A stretch of 64,000 nt of DNA from an uncultured Gammaproteobacteria bacterium (GCA_963714975.1 CAVQQD010000003.1:686412-750411); one strand, 5' to 3'; shown: positions 9,458 to 20,858, numbered from the stretch's first letter. The notes: generated by a model not told the origin, from the letters alone. Made by a program: numbers and translations.

Positions 9458-12400
9458 ATGTTCAATAAAATAAAAAGAAATGAGGTAACGAAAATGCAAG
9501 AATCAAATTCGTCTCCAGCAAACCTGGAAAATGAGGTAAAACAAATGCAACAAAAAGATAAAGTCAAAATAAAAAAACAGGGGGTTGCGGAACCTAAGAA
9601 TGGCCTGCAGCTTCTTAAAAAGCAAATGCTGGATTTGCAAAAAGAGCTTATAGAAAACCCCGTTGGAAAAGAGGAAAAGAAAGTATCTAATTACCTGGAA
9701 AGATTGAATTCTATAAAGAATGAAGCTACTCTTTTAATAAATTCTGAAGATTGCAATTTATTTTTTAAACTCCATTGTGAGATTTTTCCGCATTTATTGA
9801 ATAAAAATGCAGCACAAAAAACTATCGAAAAGCACTTCGAATCGATGCGAAAAACTTTTGCTAACTGCGTGCGGAAAGCTGATAATTTATTTATATTAAA
9901 AGGATATTTGTGGGATTTATTATCCTTCCCGTGCTTTTCTGAGAAGAAATATCAAAAATTTTTTGCGGAAACTTATAAGGATATGTTGTCGCAATACCAT
10001 AGTCGATTTGCAGAAAAAAATGTGGAGCCTTGCACATTTTATGAAATGGATGGCAAGCCTCTTCAATATGTGATACCTAGTATGGAAGAAAATTTCAGTG
10101 TGATTAGTTTTTTTCATCAAACTATAATTTTCTATCCACGGAAATTTACCAGAATTGGAGAGAATCATCTTAAAGCATTGAAAGATCACGTTAGTTCCGG
10201 GGATAGTAGCTATTTTCTATCTTCTAATGATAAAAATGAAAATGAAGAAGCCATAGAAAAATTAGTTCAAGATTGCTTTTTTGAGATGTATTTGAAAAAA
10301 GGAAATCAAGAATTACAAGCTCATCTTACTTTGGCAATTAACTCTGCTGAGGAATTGCAGAAAAAAATTTCTATTGCGGAAAAACCACAATATGTCCTTG
10401 TTCCAATTTTGATTAGAGTTTGGCAGGCTGGAGCCAGTTTTGTAAATAAAAATTTTGAATTGAGCAAGAAGCAATATGCTGCAGCCAAACAGGCTATTAA
10501 AGCTGCAAAATTACGGAAGTTGGATAAAGATATATTGGCTGTATTAAAGGATTGCTCAGCAGTAATAAATTTAAATTTAGATAGTTGTCAATTCTACCTA
10601 GATCGAGAAGTCCGATTGTCAGAACAAAAATTGCAAAAAGCGCAGGTAGGAATAGATGAGTGGACTCAAGGTTTGATATCTCCACGCAATCTGGAAAAGT
10701 CTAATAATTGCCGAAAAAAGAAAGTTAGGAAATATGCTCAAAGACCCGAATCTCCTCTGAGTTTATCTCAAGAAACTGCCGACGAAAGACAGGTAAACAT
10801 GGCAGAACAAGCAGAACAAAAAAAATCAGCGCGATCTCATCCCAAAAAGCAGGACATTGCAAATCTCAAAAATGCCAAATCTCAATGTCAAAGTGAGATG
10901 TTTGCTTTGTTGGGGGTATTAAAAACCTATAAAGGAGAGGAAGAGAAATCTTCTACGAATTATAAATCAAGATTTGATCTTGTAAAAAAGCAAGCCAAAT
11001 TAGTAGAGGATGAAAATTGTGATGTATTTTTTGGGTTGCATACCGGCATATTGAGGTATCTAATCGACATAAAATCTTCGAAAAAGGATATTGTAGAGGT
11101 TTTATCTTCTCTGCAAGAGACTTTTAAAAAATATTTAAAACACCTTGATCTATTTGTATTGAAAGGAGCTTTATATGATTTATGGCGTTACCATTTGCTT
11201 TCTGAGAAAGACTATGGAAATATTTTTGCTGATGCTTATCATAAAATGTTACCTCTTTATCATGAAACATGTACAAAATTAGGAACTGAACCTTGCACGT
11301 TTTTTTGCTTTCAAGGATTTATAATAACAAATCCATCACAACAATACCCGAGCATGGCTGTTTTTGCTTCGGATCATGCATTTAACTACCCGGCAACCTT
11401 AAAAAACGATGAAAAAGAAAAATTTAAACAAACAAATGATCAGATTATCAAAGGGGAAATTAGTTATTTTCTCTCGTCTAAAGTTCCCGAAGAAAAATCA
11501 ATGGAACAATTGTTACAATGTTGTTTCTTGGATATGTTCACAGTGGAAAAAGAAGTATTCCAAAGTAATTTAACCCTTGCAATCGAGTTGACTGAAAAAT
11601 CTCAAAAACGATCTGGGAAAAATGAATATCTAATAATTCCTCTCGTGATTAGAATGTGGCAAGCGGGAGCTAGTTTTGTAGCTAAGGATTTTGAAAAAAG
11701 TTTACAGCAATATATTGAAGTTGAAAAAGCTTGTCAGAAGGCACGCTCAGGCTTAGGTAATAAAGTAGATGAATGGTTACCGCTCATAAAATTGAACATA
11801 GATAGTTGTAAGTTCTATCTAGGTTTGGCAGAAAGTAAATTAAAAAAGCAAGAAATAACAAAAAATACCTGGACCGACAATTTGATATATACACCAAAAA
11901 AGACTCAGTCCTCCAAAAAAACTAAGACTCAGCAATCTACTACGAAGCTCGAACCAATCACTGACGATCTTGGTCGACCTCAGAGTGAAAGCGTTTCAAT
12001 TCAATCAGAGCAGAAAAATAAGCAGACAAAACCAGGAGAAAAGCACACGAGTCAGAAAAAATCTTCTGCTTTTAGGTCCTTCACCACAAGCTCTGCTGGA
12101 CGAATGCCTCATTTACCTGGGGAGCAAAAGGAAAACAACCAGTCCAGGATAGTTCACCCTCCTCAGCCTCCAAAAATAATCATCCCTAAACCAAACTCTC
12201 AGCGCCACTATGGAGAAAATGGCAACAAAGGAGAAAATGACAACGAGCACAAACAGAAGGCTTTGGGGCATCCACCTTATTCAAGTAACAATAGGAATAG
12301 TTCCCTCAGATTTTTTGGAAATAGCAATTCACCCAGCGCTCGGCCAAACTCCAAGCACTACCAAGGCGAAAATGGCAACAAACACAATCAGCGGCGGTTG

Positions 12401-13414
12401 AGGTATCCATCTTATTCAGGTAACAGGCAACAGCAGTACACTTCGAACTCTCAATCTTATCCATACAATCGCCAACCAAGCCAAAACCAATTGCGGCGTC
12501 CTTCGAATCGGGAAGAGTCCGAAAGTACCAATCCCTCTGCCATAAGCACTACTACACCTACTAGACAAATGCAATTGCCTTCTGGATCGGATTGGAATAG
12601 ACCGCCCAGTTTTTTGGGCAAGAGCACTTCACCCAGCGCTCTGCCAAACGCACGACCATCAGAAACAAATTCTCAACTGAGAAAACTTCAAGTTTTTGAT
12701 CAGAACATACCGACGCAGCAAAGTGCATTTGCACCACCTCTAACCAATCTAACAGTTCCTACTAATCAAACTGTTCAGGATCCTGAGTCTCCTAAAAACA
12801 TACGGCAAATATCTGAAGCGAAACAGAAGGTACAGCCTCCATTAACGAATTCCTCTACCAATGAGCTTGCAACGCCAAATTATCTGAATACTTCTAACCT
12901 CACGGAGTCAGCGTCATTGGCACCACCGCCACAAGAGCAAGATCAAGAAGAAGCTCAATCAATGCTAAGAAATACAAGCTATCCAAGTTTAGTATTGTCT
13001 AATGAAGATGGAGATCAAGAAGATGGTGGGTGCGGAGATGGGGATGAGAACGAGAATGGGGAAATTAAACAGGGAGAGTTTCAGTATAGGCAGCCGCCCC
13101 AGGAATTTATATCCAGAGGGTCAGCTGCTCCTGTTTTTCTTGTCGCTGTCCCTGCCTATATAAATCGTGGACGAGTTTTGTGGTCGCTTCAATCTCTTCC
13201 CGGGCAAGTAATTGTACACCAACCAAATCCTTTGCATCGGTCTCATCCCGGGCAAGTAACTGTATACCAAGAAAATTCTTCGCAGACTTTTTTCTATCAT
13301 TCTCCTGAGTCAGGTGAGTATTACCCTGATGCAACTCCTGAGCCAGATGGGTATTACCCTGATACAACTGCGGACAGCAATAATTATAATTCACCGACAA
13401 ATGGTTCTTATTAG
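9458..13414 (+). CDS. large hypothetical protein (1318 aa) with an internal ~420-aa tandem duplication and an S/N/Q/P-rich tail
   Basis: Long AT-rich ORF. Two homologous blocks (EDCNLFFKLH...RVWQAGASFV...LDSCQFYL versus ENCDVFFGLH...RMWQAGASFV...IDSCKFYL). No family recognised. Confidence 0.8.
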   Translation: MFNKIKRNEVTKMQESNSSPANLENEVKQMQQKDKVKIKKQGVAEPKNGLQLLKKQMLDLQKELIENPVGKEEKKVSNYLERLNSIKNEATLLINSEDCNLFFKLHCEIFPHLLNKNAAQKTIEKHFESMRKTFANCVRKADNLFILKGYLWDLLSFPCFSEKKYQKFFAETYKDMLSQYHSRFAEKNVEPCTFYEMDGKPLQYVIPSMEENFSVISFFHQTIIFYPRKFTRIGENHLKALKDHVSSGDSSYFLSSNDKNENEEAIEKLVQDCFFEMYLKKGNQELQAHLTLAINSAEELQKKISIAEKPQYVLVPILIRVWQAGASFVNKNFELSKKQYAAAKQAIKAAKLRKLDKDILAVLKDCSAVINLNLDSCQFYLDREVRLSEQKLQKAQVGIDEWTQGLISPRNLEKSNNCRKKKVRKYAQRPESPLSLSQETADERQVNMAEQAEQKKSARSHPKKQDIANLKNAKSQCQSEMFALLGVLKTYKGEEEKSSTNYKSRFDLVKKQAKLVEDENCDVFFGLHTGILRYLIDIKSSKKDIVEVLSSLQETFKKYLKHLDLFVLKGALYDLWRYHLLSEKDYGNIFADAYHKMLPLYHETCTKLGTEPCTFFCFQGFIITNPSQQYPSMAVFASDHAFNYPATLKNDEKEKFKQTNDQIIKGEISYFLSSKVPEEKSMEQLLQCCFLDMFTVEKEVFQSNLTLAIELTEKSQKRSGKNEYLIIPLVIRMWQAGASFVAKDFEKSLQQYIEVEKACQKARSGLGNKVDEWLPLIKLNIDSCKFYLGLAESKLKKQEITKNTWTDNLIYTPKKTQSSKKTKTQQSTTKLEPITDDLGRPQSESVSIQSEQKNKQTKPGEKHTSQKKSSAFRSFTTSSAGRMPHLPGEQKENNQSRIVHPPQPPKIIIPKPNSQRHYGENGNKGENDNEHKQKALGHPPYSSNNRNSSLRFFGNSNSPSARPNSKHYQGENGNKHNQRRLRYPSYSGNRQQQYTSNSQSYPYNRQPSQNQLRRPSNREESESTNPSAISTTTPTRQMQLPSGSDWNRPPSFLGKSTSPSALPNARPSETNSQLRKLQVFDQNIPTQQSAFAPPLTNLTVPTNQTVQDPESPKNIRQISEAKQKVQPPLTNSSTNELATPNYLNTSNLTESASLAPPPQEQDQEEAQSMLRNTSYPSLVLSNEDGDQEDGGCGDGDENENGEIKQGEFQYRQPPQEFISRGSAAPVFLVAVPAYINRGRVLWSLQSLPGQVIVHQPNPLHRSHPGQVTVYQENSSQTFFYHSPESGEYYPDATPEPDGYYPDTTADSNNYNSPTNGSY

Positions 13415-13441
13415 TAATCCTCGCTCTATTGTTCTGACCTG

Positions 13442-13494
13442 GTCCTGGCGAGAAACTTCGCTCCTTCCTTCGAGGCGCTTCGCTTCCTCAGGAC
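13442..13494. repeat. palindromic element, family 2 (GTCCTG...CTTCGAGGCGCTTCGCT..CTCAGGAC)
   Basis: Lies in the gap between convergent genes. A closely related copy lies inside the giant ORF at 34848-34907. Confidence 0.7.
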
Positions 13495-13508
13495 AAATGG
13501 TTAGAGGT

Positions 13509-13529
13509 CGTGACGCAATCTGCGTCACG
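13509..13529. terminator. stem-loop between convergent genes
   Basis: CGTGACGCA-ATC-TGCGTCACG, a perfect 9-bp stem. It overlaps the stop codon of the minus-strand gene. Confidence 0.5.
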
Positions 13530-15828
13530 AGGATGGGCCTGCTACGTCCTTTTGATAATCCTGTAATTGATAGAGCACACTGCCGTACTGATCAATAGTA
13601 TCTAATTGTTCATCATGGTTTTTAAGGAAATACTTCATCGCTACCCAGGCAGCGCCAAAAACAGCAAAGCCAATAATGAAGTTCAATCTATCCAGTACAT
13701 TGGAGCCGTCCCAGGAGGTATAAGCTGGGATGTAAGTTTCCATCGACTTTGGCAGTACAGCGAAACGATAGGCTAAGAGGCTGCCAACCGCCGTGGATAA
13801 GATTAGAAATCCTTTAATGCCATAATCAAAGTTTGTATCCTTTTGTGCCTCGAAATATTCTTCAGCATAAAACTTGTGCGTTGGACGAGACTTTTTAGTT
13901 TCTGAGTTCGATTTTATTAAGCTTGATTCTGTAGTTGAGTCTGATTCTGAGGGACTGAATAGATTTGAGTCTGTAATTATTGAGCTTGGAGCTTGATCTT
14001 GGGTTGAATTTGTATTTGTTTCGGTTTTAATTGAACCAAGAAGGCTTTCGCTCTCTTCTGGTGTAGAAGAATTACTAAATTGATTAGATTTTTTATTGTC
14101 ATTCACTTCTGGCTTAGGTTCTTGTGCATGGGCAGGATAGTTTAAGGCATTTAATTTAGCAGTGGTCTCTTTCGCCTCTTGCAATTTATAGTATTGATTA
14201 ATAACTTGCGTCACGCCATAGCCAAGGGCAACAATAATCGCTAAGGTACCGATGACATCCACCGTCAGCGGCGCTGGTCCGGCTCCGCCATCCTTAAGCA
14301 AATGGACTTGGTCATTGATGGTAAAGATAAAAAATTGTAAACCGGTCCACATGCCGATACTTTTAGTGAGCGCTGTAGCTACATAAGCAAAAGTTTGCTG
14401 GGTGTTGCTGGGGGGTTTAAGTTGTTGGGCAAGGTAGGGATGTTGTGGTTGGTTCGCAAGTTGTTCGGATTGAGGGCTGTTAGTTGTTGTTGGATCAATA
14501 CCATTTTGCTGTGTGTTTAACTTAGTTTCATTGAGAGACTGAGTAGAAGGAGCAGTAGTGACGGCAGCAGTAACTTGATTATTTTGAGTAACACTGTTCT
14601 TCTTGGTTGCCTTATCCGCCGCCTGCTCCTTGATTTTATCAGTGGCTCGTGACATTAAATACGCTATTTCCTTTGCTTTTGTTGGTTCATTGGTTAATGC
14701 GGCTTTTCCCTTGCCATGTTTAACTCGCAAATAAGCCGCAGCGCCTGTAATGTACGCAGTGCCTAGGATGAGTCGCGGACAATCCCAAAGGAAAACTTTA
14801 ATGAAATTGGGTATTAAGGCTGCAATATTAGCCGCATGTTGAAAAAAACTTAAACCTTTGCCGTCTTTATTTTTATAGCCAATCCAGGTGAAGGAGAATA
14901 AATGTTTCTCTGCCCACTTTGCCCCCAAAAGGTTTTGGTAATTTTCTGGGTGATGATTTAATGCCCAGTTGCGAATGCGCCAACCAATCAAGGGCACGCA
15001 ACCCACGAGCAGCGGTATACCAATCCCTAGAAACAAGTTCGCTGTCAGAGAACCTGTTACTATGCCATAACCAAAGCCGGTCCCAGAAACCCCTGGCCAG
15101 CTGGCGAAGGTGCCGCGAAATATATACTGAAACCAGTAGGTGCAGAAATACATCACCATCATCAGATAAATATCGTCTAGTACATTGCGCAGCTTTTTAG
15201 TTTTTCCCCAGAGAGTTTCTTTCTTAGGAGTTTGAGATTCTGCTTTTTCTTTGAAGGCTAAATACAGTTTATTATTCTTTACCTCCCAGCTTATTTTTTC
15301 GTATTTTGCTTTTAATTCGCTGTTTTTTAGCTGTATTTCCAATTGCTGATTAAATTCTTTTTGTGCAGTTTCTGTATCAACATCATTTTCTCGCTTGATT
15401 TTATTCACAAGGTCCGTCCCAATCTTATTGAGTACGGTAAAAGCATTAAATTCTGCCAGTCGATCTTGTTTTAGTTTATTGGCATAAACCGGTAACATGG
15501 CCAACAAACCAGAAGCAGCCAGTAGTCCGGCTGAAAGGGGGATATCGCTTCGGGTTTCAGATAGCAGCAATGAATCGTGGTGGCCATAGTTGAGACTTAT
15601 TTGGCCCGCCCAACGTACAACGCCGGTGCCTACTGTATCGGTACCATCGATCCCTTTGAGAGCATTACCTGCCACAGAGTCCGTGGAAATATAATCTTTT
15701 CGTTGAGTGAGTTCAGTGGTAGGCCCGGATTGGGCATTGGCTTCTTGTTGCTTTTCCTCCTCTGGATTAAGCCGCAACTCCATATCAACCAGGTAAAGTT
15801 TGGATGGATTTGATGTTTGTTCAGTCAT
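13525..15828 (-). CDS. hypothetical polytopic membrane protein (767 aa)
   Basis: Long ORF with several hydrophobic segments and a central T/Q/N-rich low-complexity region. I prefer the ATG at 15828 (MTEQTSNP). No family recognised. Confidence 0.75.
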   Translation of the reverse strand: MTEQTSNPSKLYLVDMELRLNPEEEKQQEANAQSGPTTELTQRKDYISTDSVAGNALKGIDGTDTVGTGVVRWAGQISLNYGHHDSLLLSETRSDIPLSAGLLAASGLLAMLPVYANKLKQDRLAEFNAFTVLNKIGTDLVNKIKRENDVDTETAQKEFNQQLEIQLKNSELKAKYEKISWEVKNNKLYLAFKEKAESQTPKKETLWGKTKKLRNVLDDIYLMMVMYFCTYWFQYIFRGTFASWPGVSGTGFGYGIVTGSLTANLFLGIGIPLLVGCVPLIGWRIRNWALNHHPENYQNLLGAKWAEKHLFSFTWIGYKNKDGKGLSFFQHAANIAALIPNFIKVFLWDCPRLILGTAYITGAAAYLRVKHGKGKAALTNEPTKAKEIAYLMSRATDKIKEQAADKATKKNSVTQNNQVTAAVTTAPSTQSLNETKLNTQQNGIDPTTTNSPQSEQLANQPQHPYLAQQLKPPSNTQQTFAYVATALTKSIGMWTGLQFFIFTINDQVHLLKDGGAGPAPLTVDVIGTLAIIVALGYGVTQVINQYYKLQEAKETTAKLNALNYPAHAQEPKPEVNDNKKSNQFSNSSTPEESESLLGSIKTETNTNSTQDQAPSSIITDSNLFSPSESDSTTESSLIKSNSETKKSRPTHKFYAEEYFEAQKDTNFDYGIKGFLILSTAVGSLLAYRFAVLPKSMETYIPAYTSWDGSNVLDRLNFIIGFAVFGAAWVAMKYFLKNHDEQLDTIDQYGSVLYQLQDYQKDVAGPSS

Positions 15829-16035
15829 AATGATCACGCCTAGCAATTAACCCCACTATTCCTAACCACCGCATTTCCGTCGTCTGCATGGGTGACGTGG
15901 CAATGGTTGGACCCCTTTATTTTTATATGAATGGTTCCATAACTTTAGCTTAAGTTTACTCCTCTTACCTTAAGCGAAAATTAAGGCATAAGTGAGTATA
16001 TTCACTGAGCAATTTATGTTATATGTAGGCACATT

Positions 16036-17124
16036 ATGACTTCTACATCATTGATAGCTAATCTAATAAACCAATACATCGATCCTTACTTACAAAAACC
16101 CTGGGGTGAGGTTGGGGCAGTCCAAACCATTACTGAAGCGGCTGGTCGTATTGTGGTGCGCATTCGGTTGAGCTATCCAGTGGCGGCTTTGCAGCAAGCT
16201 ATTCTTACCCCCTTGCGAGAGCAACTCCAAGAAATCGTACCCCTAGAATCACTGGATATTCAGCTCGAATCGCGGATTGAACCCCGCGTGACGCAACCCA
16301 ATGTTCCCAGAATTCCAGGTGTTAAGAACGTTATTGCTGTGGCTTCGGGGAAGGGCGGGGTTGGTAAGTCCACCACGGCAGTCAATTTAGCTCTCGCGTT
16401 GTATTTGGAGGGCGCGCGAGTGGGAATTTTGGACGCGGATATCCATGGCCCTAATCAACCGCACATGTTAGGGGTTACAGAAAAATTAGTGGTTGAAAAC
16501 CACACTCGCATCCCCCCCTTGTGGCGTCATGGAATCCAGTCGATGTCGATTGGTTACTTGATTGATAGTACTACCCCGATGATTTGGCGGGGACCGATGG
16601 TCAGTTCCGCTTTGCAACAATTAGTGCGGGATACGGCCTGGGATAATCTCGATTACTTGGTGATTGATTTACCTCCAGGAACCGGCGATATTCAATTGAC
16701 ACTGGCACAAAAGGTTCCAGTATGTGGTGCGGTCATTGTGACTACCCCCCAGCCTGTAGCTTTATTAGATGCGCGCAAGGGGCTGGAGATGTTTCGTAAG
16801 GTGCAAGTGCCAGTGTTGGGTATTGTGGAAAACATGACGACACATATTTGTCGCCATTGTGGCCATGAAGAAGACATTTTTGGCGCTGAGGGCGCGCGAA
16901 ATTTAGCCCAGGCTTGTGAGACCGAAGTGTTGGGTAAGCTGCCATTATCCCAGTCAATTCGTCACTATGCCGATCAAGGCCAGCCCATTGTTATCGCAGA
17001 GCCCGAGTCAGCCATTGCCCAGTGTTATCGAGAAATAGCCCGCCAAGTGGCGGTACGGATTGCCCTGCAGCCTAAGGACTATACGAGTAAATTTCCTCAG
17101 ATTCGAGTGGAGAATAACGCATGA
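16036..17124 (+). CDS. apbC: Fe-S cluster carrier ATPase Mrp/ApbC
   Basis: 362 aa. Deviant Walker [12 protein letters not shown] and the C..C pair (CRHCGH) typical of the family. Confidence 0.9.
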   Translation: MTSTSLIANLINQYIDPYLQKPWGEVGAVQTITEAAGRIVVRIRLSYPVAALQQAILTPLREQLQEIVPLESLDIQLESRIEPRVTQPNVPRIPGVKNVIAVASGKGGVGKSTTAVNLALALYLEGARVGILDADIHGPNQPHMLGVTEKLVVENHTRIPPLWRHGIQSMSIGYLIDSTTPMIWRGPMVSSALQQLVRDTAWDNLDYLVIDLPPGTGDIQLTLAQKVPVCGAVIVTTPQPVALLDARKGLEMFRKVQVPVLGIVENMTTHICRHCGHEEDIFGAEGARNLAQACETEVLGKLPLSQSIRHYADQGQPIVIAEPESAIAQCYREIARQVAVRIALQPKDYTSKFPQIRVENNA

Positions 17125-17714
17125 CTATTAAATCAGATCATTGGATTCGCCGTATGGCGGAACAGCATGGCATGATCGAGCCGTTTGAGCCTGGACAAGT
17201 GCGGCATAATAGTCAGGGAAAAATTGTTTCCTATGGTACCTCAAGCTATGGCTATGATGTGCGTTGTGCCAATGAATTTAAAATTTTCACCAACATCAAT
17301 TCCGCTATCGTGGATCCAAAAGCCTTTGACGGTAAAAGTTTCATGGATGTGCGTGCCGATGTTTGCATTATCCCGCCTAATTCCTTTGCGTTAGCGCGCA
17401 CGATTGAATATTTTCGCATCCCCCGCAATGTGCTCACCATTTGCGTTGGAAAATCCACTTATGCGCGGTGTGGGATTATTGTTAATGTAACCCCACTTGA
17501 GCCAGAATGGGAGGGCCAAGTGACTTTGGAATTTTCCAATACCACCAATTTACCGGCAAAAATTTATGCCAATGAAGGGGTGGCACAAATGTTATTTTTT
17601 GAATCGGATGAAGTATGTCACACCTCTTATAAGGATCGGGGCGGTAAATATCAGGGCCAAACCGGCGTCACTTTGCCGCGTATGCAAGTTAATCGCACCG
17701 AGGCTGAAGTTTAA
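17121..17714 (+). CDS. dcd: dCTP deaminase
   Basis: [23 protein letters not shown] start typical of Dcd. 4-nt overlap with apbC. Confidence 0.95.
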   Translation: MTIKSDHWIRRMAEQHGMIEPFEPGQVRHNSQGKIVSYGTSSYGYDVRCANEFKIFTNINSAIVDPKAFDGKSFMDVRADVCIIPPNSFALARTIEYFRIPRNVLTICVGKSTYARCGIIVNVTPLEPEWEGQVTLEFSNTTNLPAKIYANEGVAQMLFFESDEVCHTSYKDRGGKYQGQTGVTLPRMQVNRTEAEV

Positions 17715-17745
17715 GGCTCTATGAAGTTTTGAGTGGGTAATATAT

Positions 17746-17768
17746 CCTTCTCCCACAAGGGGAGAAGG
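17746..17768. repeat. REP-like palindrome, family 1
   Basis: CCTTCTCCC-ACAA-GGGGAGAAGG, identical to the copy at 42336-42358. Lies downstream of dcd. Confidence 0.75.
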
Positions 17769-17900
17769 AAAATCTACCCACTTGATTCTACATAGAACAA
17801 AAAAATAATAATAATTTATAAATGAAAGCCTAAATTTAAGTAATATTGCAGATTGATGATAGTCCACTATACTTAATAAAGTGTTAGGAGGCTATTGTCT

Positions 17901-18932
17901 ATGAAAAAAATATCTTATCGCCAATTTTTGGAAAATATAAAAAAATCGCCACGAATAGTAAGTTTAGCCCAACATTTCGAAGAAATAGCCTCGGGTAGGA
18001 TTCAAGTACCTATAAAACCAGTTTTGGCAAATCTTTCGTTACTGTTTAATGATAAAATTGCTTTTTTTATTTATGAGAACCAAAAAAATAAAGAGGGAAA
18101 ATTTTGTGAGCATGCCTATGCCAGTATTCCTTATTTATTAGAAAATTCCATAAGGGTAATGTCAGGAATTTATCTCTATGCACTTGCACACGAAAAGTCA
18201 AAAAAAGCTAAAGGATTTTATGTTTTTGAACCGGGGGGGGGGTCTGGTGATGTCTCTAGAATTCTTCCTGAAGTTACCCATGGATTTATAAAATCATTGT
18301 GTAGTTCTGCAACCAAAGCTAATGAAATTGAATTTAATAAAAAAAAGAATAATAAAAATTCCTTCTTTTGTTTAACGCCATTTTTCAATATTACTCCAGA
18401 TTTTTTATTTAGTTCTAAAAATTTATCATGTTTTGCAAATGGATTTGACATTATTTATGAAAGGTGTACCTTCCAAATGTATGGTAATGATAGGAGGAAT
18501 CAAATAAAACATGTATCAAAAGTTCTAAAAAAAGGTGGAATTATAATGTTTGAAGAAAAACTTTTAAATGAAAATATCGATGAATATAACCGAAGAGAAA
18601 AAATAAAAAATGAGGTTTTTAAAGCCAAATATTTTAAAAAATCACAGATTCATGAAAAAGAGAAGATAATATTAGGCACAATGTTCAAAGGGATGATTAC
18701 ATTAAGTGAATTGTCAGAAGCAATTCGTAAAAGCTTCAAGCATGCAGTAATAATATGGAATAGCACTAATTTTTATAACGTGGTCGCATCCAATTCACAA
18801 AAAAATCTTAAGGAATTTATATCCTACTTGCTTCCACCGTGTGTGCCACCTGAGTTTAATTTCGAAGCTGAATTACCCAAAAAATTATTTGGTCTTAAGC
18901 AAATTCATTTGTCATTTAGGGAGCCATCATGA
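17901..18932 (+). CDS. hypothetical protein, probable class I SAM-dependent methyltransferase fold
   Basis: AGGAGG lies 9 nt before the ATG at 17901. Motif I-like VFEPGGGSGD and later VLKKGGIIMFEE. Very AT-rich. Confidence 0.55.
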   Translation: MKKISYRQFLENIKKSPRIVSLAQHFEEIASGRIQVPIKPVLANLSLLFNDKIAFFIYENQKNKEGKFCEHAYASIPYLLENSIRVMSGIYLYALAHEKSKKAKGFYVFEPGGGSGDVSRILPEVTHGFIKSLCSSATKANEIEFNKKKNNKNSFFCLTPFFNITPDFLFSSKNLSCFANGFDIIYERCTFQMYGNDRRNQIKHVSKVLKKGGIIMFEEKLLNENIDEYNRREKIKNEVFKAKYFKKSQIHEKEKIILGTMFKGMITLSELSEAIRKSFKHAVIIWNSTNFYNVVASNSQKNLKEFISYLLPPCVPPEFNFEAELPKKLFGLKQIHLSFREPS

Positions 18933-18978
18933 AATACTTTTTGGTTGTTTTGAAATACATTAAATTAATTGAGAAAAA

Positions 18979-19725
18979 ATGAAAGAAATTTTCAACGGTA
19001 AATATTATTCAATGTATCGGCCTGTATATCCAGAAACCTTGATTGAATATATAACAGAATTATGCGTCACTAAAGATAAAGCTTGGGACTGCTGCACTGG
19101 AACAGGCATTGTTGCTAATATGTTGTCGGCAAGGTTTAATAAAATAATTGCAACGGATATTTCTAGTTCGCAAATTGCACATGCAATTCTAAAAAATAAT
19201 ATTGAGTATAAAGTAGAAAATATTTATGACGCCAATATACCTAAAAACAGTGTGGATCTCATAGCGGTAGCGCAAGCATTTCACTGGCTAGATCAGCTTA
19301 AGTTTTATAATAAAGTTAGAGAAGTAATGAAACCATGTGGTACTTTGGCTATTTGGTGTCACAGTCCTTATCCTGATGAGATAGCTGATGTTACAAAAAA
19401 ATATTTATCCCTGGTTATAGAATCATTACCTAAAGATGAAATGACAGTCTACATGAAAAATTTGGCCTATATAGAAAGCGGATATGCTAAAATTGATATG
19501 CCATTTGAAATTCGTAACTACAAATTATTTGAAATGATTCAGCAGTGGGATATGTATAGATATGTAGGTTATCTGGAAAGCATTAGCGCTAGCAATATTT
19601 ATAAAGAAAAATATGGACATTCTGCTGTGGTTAATATTATAGATGATTTGCGAAAAATATGGGGTAATGAATCCAAAAAAATGACTTTAAATTGGAAAAT
19701 TCACCTTCACACCTTTCGTGGATAG
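18979..19725 (+). CDS. class I SAM-dependent methyltransferase (Methyltransf_11 type)
   Basis: YRPVYPETL...AWDCCTGTGIVA...ATDIS..Q...A and AQAFHWLD are typical of this family. Confidence 0.8.
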   Translation: MKEIFNGKYYSMYRPVYPETLIEYITELCVTKDKAWDCCTGTGIVANMLSARFNKIIATDISSSQIAHAILKNNIEYKVENIYDANIPKNSVDLIAVAQAFHWLDQLKFYNKVREVMKPCGTLAIWCHSPYPDEIADVTKKYLSLVIESLPKDEMTVYMKNLAYIESGYAKIDMPFEIRNYKLFEMIQQWDMYRYVGYLESISASNIYKEKYGHSAVVNIIDDLRKIWGNESKKMTLNWKIHLHTFRG

Positions 19726-19730
19726 AAAAT

Positions 19731-20858
19731 ATGTTCAAAATAATAAATGGTGAAAAACTATCTTTTCATGATGTGATAGAGTTTCAAAAAAGTGGTAAAA
19801 GTGTCATGAGAACCGCGCATTTGGGAAATTTGACGCATAGCATTATTTTTCTTGGATTAAATCGAATACTTGTTTTACTACATGAATATCTTCCCGCGGG
19901 TATTTCGTTATATAAGCCGGGTTATATAAAACTATTGGATAAGCAAATTAATCTTTCTGGGCAAGCATGTTTTAAAAATCGTCTTATCCAAATTACACAC
20001 ATTGCAAAAAATAAAATTCCACCAGAAATATTAAGTTCATTAAATATTAATTTAGAAAATATTCATAATGTTGCACAGCTTCATTATGAAAGCGTAGTTA
20101 AAATTAGTAAATCATTTGTTTTATATTCAGATTTTGTATTGGAAAATCTAGATAATTCAATTAAAATAGTTGGCGCATTAAGTAAGGAATTTCCTGAATT
20201 ATTTAACACATATTTTGATAGCAAAGGAAAAGAGTATAAATATTTTAAGACGCAGCATGATTTATTATTTTTTAAAGATAAAAATGATAATGAAGTAATC
20301 ATAAAAAAATCAGATTTATTGCAGCTTACATTTGATTTTATAAATCAAACTAAAAACCGCACTAGAGGAGATAATGATTATTTTGCCAGCGGTATTATGA
20401 TGAGCACTAGTCCTTATATTTTATTGTTTACATTGCTGGACATTATTAATAAAAAAAACAAAAATCTAAACTTTGAATATACAGATGTCGACGTTATTCA
20501 TCTTGCCGGATTAAAAATGATGGATTACATGATTTACGATAAAGAATTGGCAAAAATTAATACCAATCAACTTCAGGCAATGTTCTCCTATTTGCGCAGT
20601 ATATATCCTGATTTAATTCCAAAAAATATTAACTTTATTTTAATGCCTACAGATTGGATAAATCAGATAATTTCATGTGATAAGGGAGCAATTGATGTCT
20701 ATGAGAAATATCTTGCAAATCGAAAAAAAATTCCTCCTGAGTCGCTACATAAAGAAACTAAATATCAATATGATCTTTTAATTAATCCAGTTGTTCCTAT
20801 GCTGCCAAAATCTGCATGGAAAATGTCTCAGTTGGAGATAAAAGCTTGTTTTGAATGA
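19731..20858 (+). CDS. hypothetical protein (375 aa)
   Basis: AT-rich ORF. The ATG at 19731 lies 5 nt after the upstream stop. No family recognised. Confidence 0.6.
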   Translation: MFKIINGEKLSFHDVIEFQKSGKSVMRTAHLGNLTHSIIFLGLNRILVLLHEYLPAGISLYKPGYIKLLDKQINLSGQACFKNRLIQITHIAKNKIPPEILSSLNINLENIHNVAQLHYESVVKISKSFVLYSDFVLENLDNSIKIVGALSKEFPELFNTYFDSKGKEYKYFKTQHDLLFFKDKNDNEVIIKKSDLLQLTFDFINQTKNRTRGDNDYFASGIMMSTSPYILLFTLLDIINKKNKNLNFEYTDVDVIHLAGLKMMDYMIYDKELAKINTNQLQAMFSYLRSIYPDLIPKNINFILMPTDWINQIISCDKGAIDVYEKYLANRKKIPPESLHKETKYQYDLLINPVVPMLPKSAWKMSQLEIKACFE

